Assembly: GCA_023205875.1 (NCBI GenBank)
Contig: CP060758.1
Coordinates: forward strand, 1-64,000
DNA: 64,000 nt
DNA from: Chloropicon primus
Taxonomy: Eukaryota
Direction of reading: 5' to 3'
Below the pieces are notes generated by a model. It was not told where the DNA came from. It saw nothing but the letters and a program-made list of their open reading frames with translations, and ran no database searches. A program made the translations under genes and the position numbers. Position 1 is the first letter of the stretch. The number at the start of each line of letters is the position of its first letter. This document shows, piece by piece, positions 19,605-31,497 of the stretch.

Positions 19605-20261
19605 AGCGCAGCACAAGAAACAAACAAGAAAAACGAGAAAAAGGAGAGAACCGACTCCTTTCCCTTTCCCTTTTCCTTTTCCTTTTCCTTTTCCTTTCCC
19701 TTGTCCTCTTGCTGGTCTCCCTCGTCCTTGTCCTTGTCCTTGTCTGCGTTGCCTTGCCCTGGCCTGGCCTGGCCTGTCTGTCACTCCTGGAGTTCCCCTT
19801 TGAGGAAAAGGCAAGTCGTACAGTGAAAAGAAGTGTACCGAAAACCAAATCCACTCCCTGTACAAAACCCTTCTGGAGGAAGAACACCTGGAGACGTTTA
19901 CACTCAGGAAGAACCCAGATCTCGGGACCAACGGACTTCGCAACGGTTACCATCGCCATCGCGGAGGAGGAGGAGGACACGACGCTAACGCTAACGCTTC
20001 CTGGGGATGGAAGTTTGAGCGGAAAGGCAATGCCGGTGTGCGATGGGTCCGCATTCGCATCGCACGGCCGAGAATGCATGGCATCCGCGTCGCGACGAAC
20101 GCTCTTGTCTTCGACAGCGGTGACCGCGGAAGGAGGGGAGTTTGGGGACAAGAGCAGCGACAGGAACACGGTACGGAGGATTGGGCGCCATGCAAGAGAG
20201 AGCGTACAGATGTATACATATATCACAACACACACACACACAATGGGAACCACCGGGACCA

Positions 20262-21167
20262 CTAGGAGGACTTCAAGTGGTGGCCAGGAGAGCGGGAAAG
20301 GAGCTTAGACTCCAAGGCGAGGGCGGTCGTGGAAGCCAGGCTCACGGTAAATGCCCCAGTAAAGGTGCCGCACACGCAGTCGCTGCACCAGTGCTTGAGC
20401 GACGCGACCCTCCCGAGCCCAGTGACAGCAGTGAGGACTATCCAGGACGCCAACAGCAAGGCCTTGGTCCCTCTGGCCCCTCTCCAGATCTTCGCAACAA
20501 GGGGGGAGCTGGCCACCACGTTGGGAACCACGAGGGTTGCCAGTGCCCCGCAGAAGAAGCTGGCCCCGTTCGTGTGCCCTGACGGGAAGGAGAGCGACCT
20601 CTCCCCGTGCTCGATCCCCGTCGGCCTCTGCCGGCCAAAGGAGTTCTTGAGGAACTCCATCGCGACCGTATCGCTGCCAAAGCCTTTCCCTCCGCAAAAG
20701 TACCCGAACAACACGATGATCCCGAACCTCAGCACCCCCTTGGCGTGGATCCACCTCGCCCCGATGTTGCAGGCGAGGCACAGCCCGTGGTACGCCCCGG
20801 CAAGGCAGATGCAACCCGCTGCGGCGACGACTGGGAGGTTGCTGAGCACGCGACCCAAAGTGACTTTGGAAAGGAGTTTTCCTAGCGCTGGGGTCTCCCT
20901 CACAAAGTCTTTGACGACATCGCTGGTGGTATCTCTGCCGACGATCTCCCCCAAGTCCCCCAGGTACGCCCCCCTCCTTCCATAAAAGTACTCGTAGGCA
21001 GGAACGTCCACGTAGGCCTCCAGAAGTTTGCTCCTCTCGAGTCCCTGGTCGATGGCCAAGACGACGATGGCAACCGCGCACATTCCAGCAAAAGCTCTCG
21101 ATGCCACAATCCTCGCGACCCCGTCCCCGTCCTCCCCCCCTCCCCCCGTCCTCGCCCTCCTCCCCAT
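20262..21167 (-). CDS. PAP2-superfamily membrane phosphatase
   Basis: Motifs KNSFGRQRP, SFPSGH, GRVASLKHWCSD; several TM segments. Confidence 0.85.
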   Translation of the reverse strand: MGRRARTGGGGEDGDGVARIVASRAFAGMCAVAIVVLAIDQGLERSKLLEAYVDVPAYEYFYGRRGAYLGDLGEIVGRDTTSDVVKDFVRETPALGKLLSKVTLGRVLSNLPVVAAAGCICLAGAYHGLCLACNIGARWIHAKGVLRFGIIVLFGYFCGGKGFGSDTVAMEFLKNSFGRQRPTGIEHGERSLSFPSGHTNGASFFCGALATLVVPNVVASSPLVAKIWRGARGTKALLLASWIVLTAVTGLGRVASLKHWCSDCVCGTFTGAFTVSLASTTALALESKLLSRSPGHHLKSS

Positions 21168-21581
21168 CCCCCCTCCTCTCCCTCCCTCCTCCAGCCAAGC
21201 AGCTTCCGTACGTTTCAATCGATGCTCCAATCCTCACCCCTGGTCCGTTTCTTTCGAGCGAGGGCTCTTTCGAAAGACAACGCCGATGCCGATGTCGATG
21301 TCGATGCCGATGCCGATGCCGATGCCGGCGTCGCTCCCTGTCCTCTCTCCTCTGTCCTCCGTCCGTTCCGCTCGTCCCCGGTTCTGGCGGGAAACGCCAG
21401 TGAAAGGGACGCAGCGGAGCGCGCGCGAGAGAGAGCGAAGGAGTGAACGTCAGGAGGGAGGCCACGGGAGGACGGTGAGGGGGAGGAGCACGCACTACGG
21501 TACCACGCGGGCACGCTCCTCCGCACACAGCCGCGCGCGCAAGGAAGAGGAGCGAGGAGAGGAGTGGAGAGGAGAGGAGTG

Positions 21582-22178
21582 ATGAGGAGAGGAGTGATGA
21601 GAGGGAGTGGGTTGGGAAGGGGGGAGTGCCGACGGAGGGGACACGGTGTTGTGACGAGGGCGAGGGCTGAGAGGGGGAAGGCTAGGACGCAGACGAAGAC
21701 CCTGACCCAGACGCAGACGAGTGGCTTGGGGTCCGGGACCAAGGTGGACCCCAGAATCGTGGGGGTCCTTGGGGTGTGCGTTGCGGCATTCCTCGTGTCC
21801 AAGGTCGCGGGCAGGAAGAAGGGAAGCGTGGACAGGCTCGTATCCCGGGGGATGCTCGACGAGGACAGGGACAGGGAGAAGGATCCCTACTTTCAGAACA
21901 TGATGAAGAACATAAACACGGTCCAGGTGGAGACCCTGTCCCGGCAGCAGATAGAGCAAGCCAGGAGGAGGCGTGCCGGCGACCTGGCGAAGAAGAAGAA
22001 GAGCACAGGTGGGAGAGAGGGGGACAAGCTCGAGGACTTCAGCATCCCGGACAACCACCCGTGGGCCGAAAAGAAGGAGGTCGACGCCTCGGACGAGGAG
22101 CTGATCAAGGCCAGACTCGCAGTCAAGAGGGGACTGCCTCTGGAGAACTTGGATGACGGCGACCAGGGCGCCTTCTGA
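21582..22178 (+). CDS. Hypothetical single-TM protein, probably plastid-targeted
   Basis: Arg/Gly-rich transit-like N-terminus, one TM (IVGVLGVCVAAFLV), coding-like codon usage. Confidence 0.6.
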   Translation: MRRGVMRGSGLGRGECRRRGHGVVTRARAERGKARTQTKTLTQTQTSGLGSGTKVDPRIVGVLGVCVAAFLVSKVAGRKKGSVDRLVSRGMLDEDRDREKDPYFQNMMKNINTVQVETLSRQQIEQARRRRAGDLAKKKKSTGGREGDKLEDFSIPDNHPWAEKKEVDASDEELIKARLAVKRGLPLENLDDGDQGAF

Positions 22179-22324
22179 GGGGAACGACGACGACGCGCCT
22201 TTGCAGCAATTTTTTGTCATTCGTGTGTAGCTTTTCTATTCCTTAAACTATACCAAAAAAACGTTTGTTCGTTTGTTCGTTTGTTCGTCTGTCCAGCACC
22301 TCACAGGGCGCGCGTGCTTGTCTC

Positions 22325-23590
22325 TCATTGCTCGAGGAGGAGCTCCGCGATCTGCACCGCGTTGAGTGCCGCCCCTTTCCTGATCTGGTCCCCGCAAACG
22401 AAGAGGTCAAGCCCCCTCTCGTCCTCCCTGGAGATGTCCTTCCTGATTCTGCCGACAAAGACGTCGTCCTTGAAGCTAGCCTCCAGGGGGGTTGGGAAGG
22501 TGTTCTCCTCCCTGTTGTCGATGAGAGAGACGCCGGGGGCGCCGCCCAGCAGCTCGGTGGCCTTCGCCTCGCTGAGAGGCTCCTCGAACTCCAAGTTAAT
22601 GCTCTCGGCGTGCGCCCTGATGATGGGGACCCTGATGCAGGTCGCCGTGATGCTGACGTCGTCGAAAGACCAGATCTTCTTCGTCTCCTTGACCATCTTC
22701 AGCTCCTCCTCGTTGTACCCGTTGCTCTGCATGGGGGAGTTGTGGGAGAAGAGGTTGAACGCGTACTGGATGGGAAAGATGTCCTTGGTGACCTCCTTCC
22801 CTTCGAGGGCCTCCTTCGTCTGCAACACGAGCTCGTCCATGGCTGCCTGGCCCGCTCCGGAGGCCGCCTGGTAGGTGCTCACGACCATCCGCTTCACGGT
22901 CGCCGCCCTGTGGAGGGGCGTGACCGCCATGAGGGCGATGATCGTGGAGCAGTTCGGGTTCGCGATGATTCCCCCCTTCCTTTCCCGCCACTTGATGTCC
23001 TTCATCGCCTCGGCGTTGATCTCCGGGATCACCAAGGGGACGTCGGGCGCCATGCGGAAGGCGGAGGAGTTGTCCACCACGACGGCCCCCGAGTCGCTGG
23101 CTATCGGTCCAAACTTCTTGCTGATCCCCCCTCCCGCCGAGAAGAGGGCGATGTCCACGTCCTCGAAGGACTTGTCCGTCAGCTCCTCCACTGTGATCTC
23201 CTGCCCCTTGAAGGTCATCGCCTTCCCCGCGGAGCGCGCCGACGCGAGGAGCTTGAGCGATCCCATCGGGAAGTCCCTCTGGTCGAGCAGCTCGAGGAAC
23301 TCCTGTCCCACCGCCCCCGTCGCCCCCACGATGGCCACCCTCGGCTCCTCAGCCCCCGCCATCGCCACGCAACTCGCCCTCCTCCTTTCCGCACCTCCCC
23401 CTCTCCTCGCGGCACGACACTGGTTCTGGCGTGGTTTGTTGGAGCAGGAGGAGGAGTCCCCTGCGGCGTCCCTCCTTCCCCTGTGCATGACGTGCCTGTT
23501 CCTGTTGACGTTGGTGTTGGTGTTGGTTTTGATTCTGCTGGTCCTGGCCCCCCCGACCGACCCTCTGGTCCTCACAACCTTGGCCCTCAT
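22325..23590 (-). CDS. ASD: Aspartate-semialdehyde dehydrogenase, plastid
   Basis: VAIVGATGAVGQE, VVDNSSAFRM, IANPNCST, STYQAASGAG, GDQIRKGAALNAVQIAE. Confidence 0.96.
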   Translation of the reverse strand: MRAKVVRTRGSVGGARTSRIKTNTNTNVNRNRHVMHRGRRDAAGDSSSCSNKPRQNQCRAARRGGGAERRRASCVAMAGAEEPRVAIVGATGAVGQEFLELLDQRDFPMGSLKLLASARSAGKAMTFKGQEITVEELTDKSFEDVDIALFSAGGGISKKFGPIASDSGAVVVDNSSAFRMAPDVPLVIPEINAEAMKDIKWRERKGGIIANPNCSTIIALMAVTPLHRAATVKRMVVSTYQAASGAGQAAMDELVLQTKEALEGKEVTKDIFPIQYAFNLFSHNSPMQSNGYNEEELKMVKETKKIWSFDDVSITATCIRVPIIRAHAESINLEFEEPLSEAKATELLGGAPGVSLIDNREENTFPTPLEASFKDDVFVGRIRKDISREDERGLDLFVCGDQIRKGAALNAVQIAELLLEQ

Positions 23591-24105
23591 CCTCCTCCCT
23601 CTCTCCCTCTCCCTCTCTCCCTCTCTCCCTTTGGTCCAAGCCAAGCCCCCGAGTCAATGCCCGGCTCCCCAGCACGGCACACACCGCGTGTTGCGATGAA
23701 AGCGAAGCGAGTCCAGTGCAGTACCGCTGGTGGTTGGCCTCAGTACCCGCGTCCTCGTCCTCGTCCTCGTCGTCGTCGTCGTCGTCGTCGCTCCCGTGTG
23801 ATGGTAGTGTTAGTTGGTTGAGGATAACGTTGTAAGTTGGTTGTAAGTGATATTTCCGTATGGGAATGTCTCAACCAGCCGCCAGAAAAAACAGAAAAAC
23901 ACGAGAACACGAGAGAGAGAGACGGCGAGGGACGACCGGAGCAACACACGAGCATAGAACACGAACACGGCGGTGAAGGAAGACCCCTCGAACCAACTAC
24001 TACAATAACAACACACACACACGCACACACACACACACACGCGACTACGAAACACAGTGCGAGGACAAGGAACAGGAACAGGAACAGGAACAGGAAGAGA
24101 AGAGG

Positions 24106-24492
24106 ATGGTGGACGAGAAAGTGAACCCAAAGGCGTACCCGTTGGCGGATGCCAAGCTGACCCAAACGATCTTGGACATTGTACAACAGGCGTGTAACTA
24201 TAAGCAGCTCAAGAAGGGAGCCAACGAGGCGACCAAGACGCTCAACCGTGGCATTGCAGAGTTCGTCGTCATGGCTGCGGACACGGAGCCTCTGGAGATC
24301 CTCCTCCACTTGCCACTCCTCGCGGAGGACAAGAACGTCCCGTACGTGTTCGTTCCATCCAAGCAGGCGCTGGGAAGGGCCTGCGGGGTGTCGAGGTCCG
24401 TCATCTCCTGCTCCATTACCACCCACGAGGGTTCCCAGCTCAAGTCCCAGATTGAGTCCACCAAGCTCGCGATCGAGAAGCTCTTGATCTAA
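24106..24492 (+). CDS. SNU13: SNU13/15.5K (NHP2L1), box C/D and U4 snRNP protein
   Basis: [50 protein letters not shown]. Confidence 0.97.
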   Translation: MVDEKVNPKAYPLADAKLTQTILDIVQQACNYKQLKKGANEATKTLNRGIAEFVVMAADTEPLEILLHLPLLAEDKNVPYVFVPSKQALGRACGVSRSVISCSITTHEGSQLKSQIESTKLAIEKLLI

Positions 24493-25669
24493 GCAGACGT
24501 GTGGACCCAACACAATAATAATTCCAGGCCGGGACACGAGGCCGAGGGCAGCCCAGGGAGAGGGAACGAGGAAACGAGGTGTCGGAAGACGCGTTCGGGC
24601 GCGGTGTGTGGTTCGTGAGAGCCCCTTTGCTTGGTGCTGGCCTTGGTGTAATTGGCGGTGTATTATAATCTAAAAGAACAACCACAGAGAAGAAGGAGGA
24701 GGAGGAGGGCGAGGAGGAGGAGGAGGAGGAGAGTCAAGTGATGTTGGTGCATTGCTCTCGAGCTTCATCCCCTGCCTGTTGCTAATATTTCCCTGGACAT
24801 TTCCATTCGATTTTTTTTTTTTTCGTTTTTCCCTCTTCGTGTCGTGTAGAAATCCCTTGTAAAAACCTAAAACCCTAAAAAAAAAATAAAAAAAAAGAGA
24901 CGAAGAAGAAGAAAGAAGAAGAGCGAGGCAGAGTGCGCGCCATTCCATTCCATTCCTCAATCCCCGAGGTAAGACACGACACTCCGCTTCCTCTTCCTCT
25001 TCCTCTTCCTCTTCCTCTTCCTCTTTCTCTTCCTCTTTCCCGCAGAGAGACGAGACAGAGATGCACGACATGCCAGAGCAAGAGCAAGAGCAAGAGCAAG
25101 AGCAAGAGCAAGAGCAAGAGCAAGAGCAAGGGATGGTGAGATGATAGGATGTGATCCTGTAGTATTCCCATGGTCTGAACCCCGCGGGGCAACACCCCCA
25201 CAACTCCCGCGCTTACGCTCCTCCTCTTCCTCTGTGGTGTTGGGTATTCGTTGTCATTCCGTTCGTTCGTTCGTTCGTTCGTTCGTTCGTTTTTGGGTTC
25301 TCTTCTGTTCTCTTTTCTTTTTGTTTGTTTTCTTTTTCTTTGTGTGTTGTGTGTTGTGTGTTGTGTTTGTTGCCGTCGCCGTCTTTGTTCCTCGCCCTCT
25401 CTGTCAGGCAGTAAGGAGGTCGTGCTAGTGAATTGACCGAAAACCTCTCTCTCTCTTTCTCTTTCTCTTTTCTTTTCTTGTTTTGTTTGTTTTTACTACT
25501 GGACTGGACTGGACTTAGACCCAGCAGAACGGCTCCGTGTTGCTGAACCACGCCACACCACCGAGAGCACCAAGACCTAGAACAGAGGAGAGAACACACC
25601 ACCGCCAGCGACGACTGACTGCCGCTTAGAACACAACACACACTCACTCAAGCACTCAAGCACAAAACA

Positions 25670-26750
25670 ATGACCGAGTCCGCCACTGCCACCCAGCTTA
25701 GCGACGAGCAGATTGCCGAATTCAAGGAGGCGTTCTTGCTCTTCGACAAGGACGGTGATGGTAAGTCAAGACAACACACACGAACGCACACACAAGCCGA
25801 ACACGAACGCCATTCCCTTTCAATGAGAGGAAGACGGGAAGGGAATGGGAAGACAACGCCACGAGAACAAGAGAGAAGCACGAGCTCCTGAAAGAGAAGT
25901 GGACGAAAGACGGCGACGACAAACCACCACCCCCAAGTTCTTTCGCCTCCATGACAAGAAAAAGTCAGAAGAGGAAGAAGAAACGTGACGTGTTTGGAGA
26001 TCCACAGGGCTTGGTTGGAGCGGAGGCAATGCAATGCGATCCTTCGACCCCGCGTGACAATTGGGAGAGACGGACGGTGGAAGGAAGCGACCCGAGACGT
26101 CTGCTGCGGAACTCTCTCGCCATTCAAAGATCACACGGGGGTGTTGGTCGAATTCGGGTCGCCGTCGTCGTCGTCGTCTCTCTCCCCTCGTGGAATTCCC
26201 TCTTGGAGCTTGGCCGGAATGGGAGCGTGCGAGCGAGCGTGGTTGCCTCTTCCCCCCACTCGAGGTTGGCGTGCGGTTCCATTGGTGGAAACCCTATTTT
26301 CTTTTTCTGACTCTCTTTGTCTCTCTCTCTGTGTTCGTTGCGTTGCGCTGTTCTTCCTTGTGTGTGCTGCAACCAGGAACCATCACCACCAAGGAGTTGG
26401 GAACTGTTATGCGCTCCCTTGGCCAGACCCCAACTGAGGCTGAGTTGCACGACATGATCAACGAGGTTGACGCTGACGGCAGCGGCACCATCGACTTCGC
26501 CGAGTTCCTTTCTTTGATGTCCAAGAAGATGAAGGATGCTGACTCCGAGGAGGAGTTGATGGAGGCCTTCAAGGTTTTCGACAAGGACGGAAACGGATTC
26601 ATCTCTGCCGCCGAGTTGAGGCACGTGATGACCAACTTGGGCGAGAAGCTCACCGAGGAGGAGGTCGATGAGATGATCAAGGAGGCTGACTTCGATGGTG
26701 ATGGACAGGTTAACTACGATGAGTTCGTCAAGATGATGATCCAGAAGTAG
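25670..26750 (+). CDS. CAM: Calmodulin; exons 25670-25760 and 26377-26750
   Basis: [35 protein letters not shown]; four EF hands; GTAAG..CCAG intron 25761-26376. Confidence 0.95.
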
Positions 26751-26898
26751 AGCAGCGGAGCTGATATAAAGGCATACATAACTAACTTGTGAAAAAGAAA
26801 CCATAACAAATCTTTGGATTGAACAAGCCAAAAACACCGACGGACGGCGGTGCCCGTCGCGACCCACTTCACACTGTTGCGCCTATTGTCACGCCACT

Positions 26899-27600
26899 TT
26901 ACTTGTTCTCCGGAAACATTTCATTGAGTTCCCCGTTCTTGTGCATCTCCATGAGGATGTCGCACCCTCCAACGAACTCCCCGTCGATGAATACCTGAGG
27001 TATGGTGGGCCACTGCGTGTAGTCCTTGATGCCCTGCCTCAACTCCATGTCCTCCAACACGTTCCTCGAGCCATACTCCACGTCATACGCATCAAGGATC
27101 CTGCAAACCATGTTGCTGAACCCGCACTGTGGCGCCTCCGGGATCCCCTTCATGAAAACAAACACCTTGTGCTTGCTCACCTCCGTCTCTATCAACTTGG
27201 AGACGCTCTCCGTTTGGTCCTGGGCCTTGTACTGAGGCGCAAAGTCACTGTGTGACCCTTCACCCTCCTCCCCGGTCTTGTCCGAAGCAAACCGGACGCT
27301 CCCACAACTCCAATACGGCAAGGACGAAGGGGCATTGAACGGGTTCCTTGCCAGGGTGGCCCTGGCGGACGAGGCACCCACCCATGAGTCTGCGCTCGTG
27401 GCCAGAAACAGGTTTCGTGCCTCTTGGTATTGTCCCGCCTTGGTCCAACAGTGTTTCATTCCTCCAGCAGCAGAAGAAGCATCCCACACTTGCGATTCCC
27501 CAGTCCCCCACCCCCCCTCCCTCCTCGTCCCCACCCCTAACCTCCTCGCCGCCTCCCTCAAGCTCCTCCTCATCGTCGCCATCGTCGCCATTGCCGCCAT
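26899..27600 (-). CDS. Monothiol glutaredoxin (CGFS), mitochondrial GRXS15/Grx5-like
   Basis: [33 protein letters not shown]; Arg-rich presequence. Confidence 0.92.
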   Translation of the reverse strand: MAAMATMATMRRSLREAARRLGVGTRREGGWGTGESQVWDASSAAGGMKHCWTKAGQYQEARNLFLATSADSWVGASSARATLARNPFNAPSSLPYWSCGSVRFASDKTGEEGEGSHSDFAPQYKAQDQTESVSKLIETEVSKHKVFVFMKGIPEAPQCGFSNMVCRILDAYDVEYGSRNVLEDMELRQGIKDYTQWPTIPQVFIDGEFVGGCDILMEMHKNGELNEMFPENK

Positions 27601-27685
27601 TGTCTGCGCTCCTCTGCAGACCCGCGCGCACCGCACCAGAGAGCGCGCGAGGTACGAGGGAGGGAGAGGGAGAGAGGGAGGGGCC

Positions 27686-27946
27686 TCGACACCGATACGA
27701 TCGTGATCCTTGTCGCGCGCTCTTTCGTTTGACACCTCGCTTGAAGGGATTGAAGCCAAGGGGGACGACCCAAGGCATTGGGGGGGAGGCAGGCGAAGAC
27801 AGGTGAGGGAGGGAGTCGTAGGGTCGCGTGGACGGCGTGGAGGTCGCGAGGGCAAGGGAAGGGCATCGACATCGATCGGATCGTGCTCCTTGTCTCGGTC
27901 TCTTTCGTTTGACGCCTCGCTTGAAGGGAATGAAGCCAAGGGGAAC
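27686..27946. repeat. Two ~80-bp imperfect direct repeats 180 bp apart
   Basis: GATCGTG(A/C)TCCTTGTC..CTCTTTCGTTTGAC(A/G)CCTCGCTTGAAGGGA(T/A)TGAAGCCAAGGGG at 27699 and 27879. Confidence 0.85.
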
Positions 27947-28119
27947 TGAAACAGAGGCTGCTTTCGTTGGGTGCAGGGAGGGAGCAACAGGTCGAGGAGG
28001 ACGCGGAGAGGGGGGGCAGGGACGGGGGAGGCTTCTGGATCGCGGTGCTCGTGCAAAGGTCTCTGCCTGTCACGTTTTGATTCGTACAGGCATCGGAGCT
28101 TGATCCTTTGACGCGGAAG

Positions 28120-30150
28120 ATGGTGAGAACGAGAAGGGAGGGGGGGAGGAAGGGGGCGGAGGAGACAGCAGCAGAGGGGGAGGGGAGGAAGCGGCGGAGG
28201 GGGAAGCCAAACGCCGACAAGCACAAGGACGCGACAAATGCTCTCAGAACGAATGGGAAGGGCGGCGGAGAGGCGGAGAGGCTGGACACCTTTGAGTTGC
28301 ATATGCAGGAGAGGGACTTTGGCAAAGGAGCGGACGAGGAGAAGAGTGGCGGCAGACTCGTCAGCGTCAAGCTGACGTGCGTGGGCGCTTCGGGTAAGGC
28401 GCAGGTCCGGGTTCTTTCGGACAAGCCGGGCACTGTCGGCGCAAGCTCCAGCGAGGGATCGAGGGTCGTGTACAGCGAGTTGGGGGAGCACTCCATCAAA
28501 GAGCGGCTGATCAGGCACTGGGGCACCCTGCAGTCCAAAGGCGGCGCGGACCAGGGGGATAATGGGGGGGAGAGGCCGCCCTCCTTCTGCAGCGCGGACC
28601 AGGCTGCCCTCTTCACCGCTTTGCACCAATACAAGGACGTCCTGCACCTGCGGAGGGAGGCGCCTGACGTGAGCCAGAAGAGCCCCAAGGACGAGGTCCT
28701 GGACGCGGTGCTGCTGCACTGCATAAACCACGTGATGAAGACGTCTGACTTGGTCAAGAAGGGGAACAGCGTGAGAGACAAGGCCGCAAAAAGAGCGAAG
28801 ACGTCGGCGGGGCAGGATAAGGACGGCAAAGGAACGCCAGCTGGTGCTAAGGAGGATGCCGAGGAGGGGGAGCCCCAGAGGGACCAGGGCTTCACCAGGC
28901 CAAAGGTTTTGATCCTCCTGCCCTTTCGGAAGTTTGCCTTCAACTTCATACACCGCATGATGAAGCTGGTCATGCTCCCCAATTTCAGCAGGAAGCACTT
29001 TCGCAGCATTTCTGGTGGGGTCCAGTTCCTGGACGAGTACAGCGGCGGGGACCAGGACGACGACGAGAGCAGTCTGCCCGAGAAGGTGAGGAAGGGGTTG
29101 AACAAGCCGATGCAAAACAAGCCAAAGGATTTCAGGAACTTGTTCCAGGGGAACAGTGACGATCACTTCAGAATGGGGGTGAAGCTCACGAAGTCTTCTG
29201 TGAAGCTTTACTCGGACTTTTACAAGTCGGACATCATCGTTGCGTCGCCCCTTGGCCTCGTAACGCTGATGAACGACGCCGAGAGGTCTAGCGAGCAGAG
29301 CTTTGAGTTCCTCTCCTCCATTGAGGTCCTTGTTGTGGATTACGCGGACGTCCTCATGATGCAAAACTGGGAGCACGTGCTTTCTATCGTCTCCAACATG
29401 AACAAGATCCCCTCGAGCAACCACAACACGGATATCATGCGAATAAGGGAGTGGTGCCTGGCTGGGAACGCGAAGCGGTACCTGCAGACAGTCGCGCTTT
29501 CTTCCTATGCCACTGCCGAGCTCAACTCTTTCATGAACGCCTGCTCCAACTTCGAAGGCATGGTGAAGTTTCCTTCGAAGACGGATCCCCAAGGTGTCGT
29601 CAGCACGATCATCAATCCGATGAAGCAGCTCTTCATCAAGAACAGCGACCCCGGCAACATCGAGGACGAGAGCGAAACCAAGATGGACCACTTCGAGAGG
29701 GAGGTCCTCAACAAGGTCCTGGAGTCGTTCTCCCCAGGGGTCATGATTTTTGTGCGATCTTACTTTGATTTCGTGCGGATGAGACGAAAGCTTGATGAGC
29801 AGAACGCGAACTTCGTCGCCTTGTCAGAGTACACGGAGAGGGCAGAGGCCGACAGGTACAGGACCTTCTTTGCCAATGGGAGCAAGAGGATCTTGCTTTA
29901 CTCGGAGCGAGCGCACTTTTACTTTCGGTACAGGTTCAAAGGAATTCGAGACATTGTTTTCTATTCCTTGCCGGACCACTCTCACTTTTACTCCGAGCTG
30001 CTCAACATGATTGACAGCTCTTCCGTCCAGCAGCCCACGGCCACGGTCGCCTTCAGCAAATACGACAGTCTGCAATTAAGCAGGACGGTTGGTTTGTCCC
30101 AAGCGAAGAGCATGCTGTCAAGCGACACGGAGACGTTCCTCATGGCCTGA
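28120..30150 (+). CDS. UTP25: U3 snoRNA-associated protein 25 (UTP25/DEF)
   Basis: [60 protein letters not shown]. Confidence 0.95.
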   Translation: MVRTRREGGRKGAEETAAEGEGRKRRRGKPNADKHKDATNALRTNGKGGGEAERLDTFELHMQERDFGKGADEEKSGGRLVSVKLTCVGASGKAQVRVLSDKPGTVGASSSEGSRVVYSELGEHSIKERLIRHWGTLQSKGGADQGDNGGERPPSFCSADQAALFTALHQYKDVLHLRREAPDVSQKSPKDEVLDAVLLHCINHVMKTSDLVKKGNSVRDKAAKRAKTSAGQDKDGKGTPAGAKEDAEEGEPQRDQGFTRPKVLILLPFRKFAFNFIHRMMKLVMLPNFSRKHFRSISGGVQFLDEYSGGDQDDDESSLPEKVRKGLNKPMQNKPKDFRNLFQGNSDDHFRMGVKLTKSSVKLYSDFYKSDIIVASPLGLVTLMNDAERSSEQSFEFLSSIEVLVVDYADVLMMQNWEHVLSIVSNMNKIPSSNHNTDIMRIREWCLAGNAKRYLQTVALSSYATAELNSFMNACSNFEGMVKFPSKTDPQGVVSTIINPMKQLFIKNSDPGNIEDESETKMDHFEREVLNKVLESFSPGVMIFVRSYFDFVRMRRKLDEQNANFVALSEYTERAEADRYRTFFANGSKRILLYSERAHFYFRYRFKGIRDIVFYSLPDHSHFYSELLNMIDSSSVQQPTATVAFSKYDSLQLSRTVGLSQAKSMLSSDTETFLMA

Positions 30151-30399
30151 TGACGATACCCGCCGAGAGCCTCGAGACAGAGAAGGGGGAAGAAGGGGTC
30201 TTGACATGATCAAAAGTAAATTAATTGAAGCAACAACCACTTGATTTAATTCTTTCAAGTTCTGTCCTGTCTCGCGGTTTGGTATTTATGTTCCAGGCTT
30301 ATTGGCAGGCAGAATTGGTTTCGTATTTCTCCTTCCTTCTTCTTCTTCGCTTGTTGGACAAAGAACAACAAGGTCTCTCTTCGTTGCCTCCTCTCCTCC

Positions 30400-31497
30400 T
30401 TAGGTGGCCCCAGGAATATGGCGGCTCAACAAGCCCTCGAAGGTCTTGTACAGGTCAGCGTTCTGGGACTTGAATATCTCCTGAGCTTTCCTTAAAGTTT
30501 CCTCTCTCGTTTGTCTTCCCGCATTGAGCTCCTTGATGTTCTGCAAAAACTGAGAAAAGTCGTCGTAGCCAAGGCGGCTCCTTGCATTGCGGAAGAACTC
30601 TTTGCCGTCTACCTTGGGGGTTCCAGCACCAACAGGTGACCCTCCAGCGGCCTTGGCCTCGGGGGAGGCAGCTCCGTTGGCTCCCATGGGTGTCGCACCC
30701 ATGGGAACCTGGGAGCCCATCATTGGAGAGCTCGCGGAGGAGAGGACGCTCGATATCATTCGATCGGATGCCAAGTCAATTCCAAGGTTCATCGAGTCCT
30801 TCGAGTCCTCCTCGTCCTGCAGGGTCTGAAGGAGGTGGCGCTTGAAAGACTCCAGCTTGGCGACGTCCCTATTGAGCTTCTTGACCGTCTGGATCAGAGC
30901 GTTCTTCTCTGCAACGAGCTTGCTCTGGTCGTCTAACACCTGCTTGGTCTTCTCGTTGGCGTCGTTCACCTCCATGACGAGGTTCTCTATCCTGCGCTCC
31001 AGAGTCTTCACATGGTTCTTATGCTGACTCGCCTGGGTGCGAAGCTGGCCCGCTTCCGCCTCGAGAACCGCCACCTTTGTGGACCATCAAGCACCAAAGA
31101 AAGTCGTCGTACAAGGACAAGAAAGTGTTTCGTTGTCAGCAAAAGCCACAAGTCTTCCGGAGTCACTCTGTGTTCCCATGCACCATTGCACAGAGACTCC
31201 CATTCCCATTCCCATTCCCATTCCCAATCCCATTCCTTCCTCCCTCGTCCTTGTCCCCTGAGTCCACAGCCACGGAGTGCTTCCCTTCCTCCTCCTCCCC
31301 CAGGCACGGCACGTTTCCCTGTCCTCCTCCTGGTGGTCATGCCCTGGGCCATGCCCTGGGCAAGTCTGTGTGTGTCTTACCTTCTGCGTGTATGCGTATG
31401 CATTAATGCGGTGTGCGAGGTCGAGTTGGTCGTAAGGCTCTGGTGGCAACACCGCGAGTATCTCCCTCGGTAGTGCCTCGGTCGGTATCCTGCTCAT
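30400..31497 (-). CDS. At4g15545/NAIP-like coiled-coil protein; exons 31381-31497 and 30400-31074
   Basis: ILAVLPPEPYDQLDLA, KLNRDVAKLESFKR, VDGKEFFRNARSRL..FLQNIKELNA..QTREETL; intron 31075-31380. Confidence 0.85.

Noticed and set aside
23816..23878. Stem TGGTTGAG..CTCAACCA upstream of SNU13 as a snoRNA
   Set aside because: No recognisable C/D or H/ACA boxes; an 8-9 bp stem can arise by chance
26899..29691. 930-aa minus-strand ORF
   Set aside because: Mostly antisense shadow of UTP25 plus promoter; only the last 233 codons (glutaredoxin) look real
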